NCBI RefSeq assembly: GCF_009914755.1
Contig: NC_060926.1
Length of the DNA stretch: 64,000 nucleotides
Direction: 5' to 3' (one strand)
Source: the human T2T-CHM13v2.0 reference genome, Homo sapiens
This document shows, one piece after another, positions 56,151 to 64,000 of the stretch (its first letter is position 1; each line of letters opens with the position of its first letter). Both the position numbers and the translations under genes were made by a program. The notes under the pieces were generated by a model. It was not told where the DNA came from and made no database searches. It worked only from the letters and a program-made list of their open reading frames with translations.

Positions 56151-57552
56151 TATGACCATCACATGATCTATGAGGTATTATGGCCCTGTTTAGGACTGAA
56201 AAACTTTAGGAATAACTAATATGAAAACTTTCTGTGTAGACAAAAATGTTCTATAAAATTCCCAGCCTTGAAGAGATATACTGTTGGTGATTTGTGGCTT
56301 AAATGTAAGTTTTTTCAATATGGCATATCTATTCTTACCTGATTGTAAATTTTGGCAGGTATAAGTATTCTTTTCTATTGGCTTCCTTTTCACTTTCTGA
56401 CATTTTTTTTTCTTTTTGCTTCCTAAACACTAAAAACAGATCCATAGCTTTCCTGATCTCTCTTACTACTCTGCACATTAATCATTCTGACTGTCTCTTT
56501 TGGTTAGTTACTTTTGGCTAATCCACTTGATTCCCTAACTAGTTACTCCCACATATTTGTTGTGTGTTGAAGGTGGATCATTTTATTACACAAAATAGTA
56601 AGATAATATAATATAGAGGATTTGAATGATATTGCTTGGAGAGAGAAATTGGGGTCAAAAATGACTAAGGAGAAAAGGAATGAGGGAAATGGTGGAGATG
56701 GAGGTAGGCAAGAAGATTTAGGCTAAGGTTCATTAGAAATGGTGAAACTAAATTGGTCATCTATTAGGATTAGAGACCAAATTCCTAAACGGATAAGAAT
56801 TAAGTGGCTTGTGCCAGAGCAATAAAATCACTGGTTTCTCTTTATCTGTTCCATTTATCTTGCTTATAGACAATCTAGGTATTACTATTCATTTCAGTCC
56901 AAGAAGACAGTGGTCCCCCATTTGACATCATGACATCAAGGTTCTTCTCTGATTATCCATCCTGGCAGAAACACCCAGGGATGGGGTCTGAGCTCAATTC
57001 TCACATATTCAGTCCCTAGGAAGTGACTGCTATCACTAGCTTTCATCCAAGCAAGCCTAACAAGGATTTTTCCTATGCAACAGGCCCCAAATTATGCTAG
57101 CCTCCCTCAAGATCTTATAAGAAAATTACCAAGAGACTAAAATATTCAGGTTTAAGACCTCCCACTAAGGAAAAATAAGTATTCTTTCATTTTCTTTTTC
57201 AATTACCATTAACTTTCCATGAAGTATACACTCTTTATTAGTGCTACATAAGATTTTCTCTGACCACTGGTTAAACAATTATATTTAAATATTTCTTCAG
57301 AGTTAGACAAGTTAACAAAATAACATGAGTTTTCCTTTTTTTCAATTATTTTTTAATTGCAAAAAGAATATGAGTTAAATGGAATTAAAATGAAATAAGC
57401 CAAATGGCTTAGACTAGCTTTTATATACTTCCAAAACCTATGAACCAAGACACAATATGACTATTTTTCTATTTCAACCTTTTATTTTTGGTATAAAGGA
57501 TCATTAACCTACAATATAATATAAACTGTGCTGATAATATTTGTTTGTATAG

Positions 57553-57713
57553 GTGGTTGAAGTTTGAAGAAGATGTGGAAGATGGAGGAGAAAGGTGGAG
57601 CAAGCCTTATGTGGCTACTCTTTCATTGCACAGCTTGTTTGAATTGAGAAGTTGTATTCTGAATGGAACTGTGTTGCTGGACATGCATGCCAACACTTTA
57701 GAAGAAATTGCAG
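57553..57713 (+). CDS. SLC4A10: SLC4A10 internal coding exon (161 nt, phase 2-1; probably exon 5)
   Basis: Acceptor ttgtttgtatag|GTGGTTG and donor ATTGCAG|gtatat. Translates [53 protein letters not shown], the conserved SLC4 cytoplasmic-domain motif. Confidence 0.97.
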
Positions 57714-58938
57714 GTATATCTTTTCCCCCTTAGTGTATTTTATAGGTACAGCTAATTTTTTGTTACTCTCTTTTCCTTATAATTCAATATACGTATGAAC
57801 TTTGGAAAACTAATTCTCATAATCACTGCATAAGGTCTTAAAAGTCATTTTCTTTTACCCTGTTATTTGAGATAAAAGAAGTTGAATCTCAGAGAAATAT
57901 GCTCTAGTTTGGCAGTGCCAAGTCTAGGACAAGAACCTAGATATCTTGATTCCCATTCACCATTTATTTTCATTATCATATTTAGACTCTCACCATTAGA
58001 AAATTAAAGGAAAAAACCTTAGAGCTAGATACTTATTTTCAATATTCAAACATATGAAATAACCAAATGAAAAAATTTCAATATACAGAAAAATGTTGGT
58101 TTAGAATGGACACAGAAAGGTACGGCCATTCATTTTAAACTTAATTAAAACCCTTGAATTCCAGAGGAAGCCAAGTGATACAGTTAGGATTCGTTTTGTA
58201 ATTCAATACTATAAACTGATGAATGATTAGTATTATAATTCAATGATATCTTATAATACAGACAGGTATATTTAGGAAATGTTATTATTACAGAAATTGA
58301 GTCAAAGAACTCCTGTATCTTTTGACCAGAAGGCAAACATATTTTAGTAAAAACAAAATAATACAAAAAGACAGAAATGAATTTTGAAAGAGTATAAATG
58401 AAATAATTGATGGAGGTTTTAAAAACACAAACAAAGAAAAGAGGCAGTTGAAAAGTTATTAGTTTGGGAAAAAATAAAATTCATTCCATATGATTTGTAT
58501 TTGTGAAGTGAAAAAACTTAATATCTTAATCATATTGTAGAGATGAAAAACTATATGTGTGTTTTTAATCATGTATATGAAAATAATATATTAGAAAAAT
58601 AACATATCTACTTTAATCTGCAGAACAGCCCCATGAAGTAGATGTCATTCTCATTTTCCAATCACAAAATAGAAACTCTAAAATTGTCATGGCCTAGATT
58701 TCACCCAAGGGCCCCTGACTTTAAGCCTAGTGTTTTTTCTATTACACTACAACTGCTGTCTGAAGAAAAAGAAATGTCTTGAAGTGAATGTCACCCAAAT
58801 TTTGATGGCACATTTATCACCTTAAAAATTATTGATTTAGTCATTGGTGCTGATAGGCACTGCAGTATGTGTGAAAAGAAAAGTAAGTACTGAAAGATAC
58901 TTTGGCTTGAAATATTAAGCAAAAACTCCAAAAATACT

Positions 58939-58941
<3 letters not shown>

Positions 58942-58985
<44 letters not shown>
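58942..58985. repeat. (CA)~21 microsatellite
   Basis: Uninterrupted CA run. Confidence 0.97.
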
Positions 58986-58986
<1 letters not shown>

Positions 58987-60479
58987 ACACTGCCCCAAAT
59001 AGGAAAGATAAGCGGTCCTCTTCTGTTTCATGTAACACCTATAAAGAGATTATTCTTTAAGTTACATAGCTAGAGCCTGAAAGACTTTATAAAGTTAAAC
59101 ATAAATGTATAATTTTCAGAAATATCCAGGCTACTGTAGCTGCACTAAATCAAGAGAAAATAGAGAAAATGATTAACTCAGAAATAAGCAAACTCCCTAA
59201 GAATGCTGAAATAGTTAGCTATCCAGCTCAATTTCTTAGCTTTACATTATATGGTCTTGCTAATACCCAATAAACATTTTTATATTTTAATTAGGAATGA
59301 AACAGCAGGCTTTTCACAGTACTTTCAAGTATGGGAAGCTCTTAAGTTTGTAATTATCTTTTTAATGCTCAAACCTGGTTCTTAGTATTATTATTGTTAT
59401 CCTTATTTAATAAAGAAAAAAACTAAGATTTAAAAGGTTAAAGGCCTTGCTCTAAGGCGTTTATTTCTGCCGCTTAAATCGATGATGGCGCTACCTTTAA
59501 AAATAGATTAATCCAAATACATTTTGAAATGGGAAACAAAACTGTCACATTCTACCACCTGGCAAAATTAGCCTCAGAACATACCCTTTATACTTTTACC
59601 AGTCTTCACATTTCTTAAATTATGTAATTTCTAATGCTTTCCTCAGAAAGTTATTCCTATGAAGAAATTTTCTCCCAGTAATTTGACTAAAACACTTCAT
59701 TTTATCACTTTAGTTCACTTTCATTGTCCAAAATTATGCAAATTTTTCCTAACTCTGTCCCTGTTTCCCAAGCTCAATTCTGTAGAATATGTGAAGGTTA
59801 ACTGGGTTAAATCTAGCCTTTTCAAGCAAATTACATTCTCTAAGTCTACCCTTACAGTGAAAGTAGTTCAGTTGACGTCTTGATACCCTAAATAGCTTTT
59901 TAGTATTCTTTCTGCTCTTCTAATTAGTGTGTATCTTTCTGACTTTGAAGTAGCCCAACCTGAATGTCCCATTTTTCAGTGTAGAACAGCCTGTAAAATG
60001 ACATTTAGAATGTGTCAGTGGTTTAATGCTAACATCACAAAGAAAAATATGATTACAAATATTTGTGTTGATCATTATTACTTTAGATTCCTTTACTGTC
60101 ATTACTAAGAAGAGATTTCCTCTCATTGAAAACTATAATTTGGCTAAATTTAAAAGTTACTTATTTATCCCCTCAATATAAACTCATTAAAATATTTTCT
60201 CTCTATAGTTTGTAATTATTTTCTTATTTTTTACTTCTCCTATTTTCATTTTATAAAAATTGAGGGGCATTACTAAGTTTGTAATAAATAAGCATGCTTT
60301 CCGTTTTTAAGACTTCTAACTTTGCAAAGTATTTCCACATAATTATGTTTTATTATCATAACAACATATAAAGTAGGAAAGAGACTATTTCACCATAAAC
60401 AGATAAATAGAAAGTTCTTTATCAAAGATGACCTTTGCAGAAATAAAAATAATTTTTTTATTAACCTATAATCATAATA

Positions 60480-60597
60480 TTTGGGGATGGGATCTCCTAT
60501 GTTGCCCAGGCTGGTCTTGAACTCCTGGGTTCAATTGATCCACCTGCCTCAGCTTCCCAAAGTGCTAGGATTACAGGCATGAGTCACTGTGCCCAAC
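60480..60597 (-). mobile_element. FLAM-like Alu left monomer
   Basis: tatgttgcccaggctggtcttgaactcctggg...aaagtgctaggattacaggcatgag. Confidence 0.85.
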
Positions 60598-61809
60598 CAT
60601 AATTTTTGTTTTATTCTGTTTCATGATCATTTGTGGCCATAGTGATTAACAATCAGCCCTGAAACTTTTTCCTCAGCTCTTATTTACCATGATTTTTCTC
60701 TGTTAGCCATAATTCACATACATTAGTCACTAGTTTCAGTTTTACAAACGCTAAGTGTAAGAGCTTACCTTTAAGGGTTCTAATCCCTAGTACTTTGTGA
60801 ATACACAGGCTTTACAGTATTGATGTTTTTCAGACATTTCCTACTAGATGAATATGACCCAGATATTGTTTTGTAATGATCAAGGATTTTTATATCAATG
60901 TTTTGATATGTTTTTAACAGACTCGGATAATTCCTTAAGAGATTTTTGTAGACTTAGTAGCAGAAAATCCCATTTGTATCTGGCAGATCTGTCAAGAATT
61001 TCTGATATAATTAAAGTAGGATTTTCTTTTGGCTAAGTTAATTTAAAATATATCTGTTTCCCAATGTTTCAGGAAACTCAATAAATTTAAACTTTATCCT
61101 TCAAAATATTACTTAACCTTTTCAAATCCAAAATTCTCCAGATATATCTTCTTACCACAATTTACTCTGATATGGAGATTAATTGTATTGAATATGCTTC
61201 TGAATTATATTTATATAAATTACAGGGAATTTTATGGTCTATGTTAATCTCTTTGAAATTAAGCATTATAAAGATTAATGATGGAAATATCCTCTCTGCA
61301 GTGTGTGTATACTTTAACCTAATTCTGTCAATGAGAGTTAGGAAGAAATTAAAACCAAACCAAAGTTGGTACCATGGACAGATTATCAATCATAGCTCCC
61401 AACTCATTTAAACAACCTTTGTTGTTTAAAATCTTTCATTGAAGGAAGAATCTACAGTTTGCTCCACTGAATGTAATCTGTAGAGTTGGGAGTATAGGAA
61501 TAACCATATATTTTTTAACCTGCCTATACTGTGACAATCCTTGGTCTGAAAAGTAAGTATTCTATTACAGTTTACATCTTTAGTACACACATCCCTGTTA
61601 GTGCTGGCAACCAAACCACAGAATTTAGGAACTTCGTATCATATTCCCCCCCACCTCTCCCAATATCTTTTAAAGTTAAGACAATGGGTTTTCAAAGCAT
61701 TGATATGATGATCTTCAAAAAGGCAGAGATTTATGTAGAATCTGCAATATGTCATAACCTCTAGGGGCTTTCATTCAAGATACATTATGATAAAATAGTT
61801 ATCTGATAG

Positions 61810-62109
<300 letters not shown>

Positions 62110-62157
62110 AAGTGCTACTAGTTTTTCTAGAGTCTGCTTAGTGTTAGCAGAGTGTGA

Positions 62158-62489
<332 letters not shown>

Positions 62490-63414
62490 TTTTCTCTTAT
62501 CACCCAGATCCTGGGGCAGAATAGACTGTATTATGTAGGCATAATAGCTTGCTGAGATTGCAGGACTTCACTCTGGACCCAACGTCATTATGGTCCGTTA
62601 TTCTTTCACACTTTTCAAATTAATACTAATATGTATTGTAGTGGTGAAAAGAACAATGTAAGTGATTACTAATTCAGATTCCTTTTGGTACTTAAATGTC
62701 ACCCTAGTATAAATTATATTCTTAAGCAAAATGAGTAATTTTTTCCAGACAAGTAGATATAATTTGATACAGTTATACTTTGGAGAAGTTTGCTGTGTAT
62801 TTCTCTGTAACTAATGAACAGATGAGTGTGTTTTTTAATATTTACTTTTCTTTACATAACTGTTTCAAATAAAAATCTTATCTTTGAAAAACTGTGAAGA
62901 TAGTGACCTATGGCTTTTTTAGTGTTCGAGCCTGGAAACATTGTGCTTTAATAGAAATTAAAAATAATAAACATATGTAGGGTTTATTATGTGATTACTT
63001 TTGATTCTGACTAGAATATTGAACTGGGAATTCATATCATGGCTTATATTTGGAACTGCTTTACAATAATATCATATTGATATTCTAATAACCTACTTTA
63101 CAACTTCCATTATGAAGTATATGCATATTTTATATACATTTTTCCATCTTAGCAAGGTTTCAGTGTAATGTCATATACGTTGACAATTTATTATTTCCTT
63201 TATTTCAGATTAACCCAGGGGTATTATAACTACTGATCTCCAAAGAACTGAAAAATAGATTTAAATATTATTCTATAGTATCACACATTTTCAGAATTGG
63301 AAGGGACCTTTGAGGTAATTATAGTGACTGACTTTCAAACATTCCAGGTATATAATATGGGTAACTTCCAAATATTCTTTCTACCTCTTTCCATTGTAAA
63401 CACAAAAATGATAG

Positions 63415-63742
63415 AGCACACTATATCCCACGTGCCACATATGGCCGACTGCCTGATTTTGTAGGGCATTTGAGCTAAGAATGGTGATTATATTTTAAAT
63501 GGTTGAAAAATAATAAAAAAGAAGTTAATATGTTGTGATGTGAATATTATATGAAATTCAAGTTTCAGCATCCTTAAAAAAGTTTCATTGGAGCATAACC
63601 AGGCTCATTTGTGTACATGTTGCCTGTGGCTGCTTTCTTGCTACAAAGGCAAAATTCAGTATTTGTGACAGAGATCATATGGCCTACAATGCCTAAAATA
63701 TTTGTTATCTGGCTCTGGACAAAAAGAGCTTGTCTTTCTCTG
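63415..63742. mobile_element. MER58B-like hAT-Charlie element
   Basis: gagctaagaatgg...tatatgaaattcaa...gcctaaaatattt. Confidence 0.75.
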
Positions 63743-63759
63743 GTTTAGAGAATTAACTC

Positions 63760-64000
63760 TAGAGTGAAGCGCAGTTCTTGATTAGCCTGTCAGTCATATG
63801 AATACCATCTCCTTTGCCAGTGATTGGTTCAAGATGGGCAGGGCTATGTCAGTTAGACTTAGGATAATTTTTCCTGGCCAGGTGAAAAATAACTCATCTA
63901 AGAGAAAGTCACAAAAAAACAATATATTTCTCACTGGATATGAACAAAAATATATATTTCCTTGTTGCTGCTGGAAGCCACCTTATGACCATAAGGAAAA
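63760..64000. mobile_element. Old MLT1-like LTR fragment running off the window
   Basis: gccagtgattggttcaagatgggca...gctgctggaagccacctt. Confidence 0.45.

Overview
This is primate genomic DNA, most likely human, and not prokaryotic. The window lies entirely inside the large introns of SLC4A10 (NCBE/NBCn2, Na+-driven bicarbonate transporter), on the + strand. Three internal coding exons with canonical AG/GT ends splice in one frame: 7029-7175 (147 nt), 42372-42510 (139 nt) and 57553-57713 (161 nt). The rest is AT-rich intron full of transposable elements: a complete antisense THE1 (MaLR) provirus, solo THE1/MLT1 LTRs, L1 fragments of several ages (one young L1PA with a perfect 16-bp TSD), a TIR-to-TIR Tigger2, about a dozen Alus, MER5/MER44/MER58/L2/MIR relics and microsatellites. 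Nearly all ORFs in the supplied track are repeat-derived. The most notable items are four. (1) A decayed MER68-type class III ERV with a tRNA-Ser-like PBS, ERVL-like gag/integrase remnants and a gammaretroviral-type env TM (ISD + CX6CC) that the ORF track misses. (2) An old local duplication of an L1 3' end together with its flank. (3) A G-tract/duplicated-motif element upstream of the frame-shifting 139-nt exon. (4) Inverted Alus around a 300-nt in-frame exon pair. Repeat subfamily names come from my recollection of consensus sequences, not from a database search. Repeat boundaries are approximate unless a TSD or TIR is quoted.
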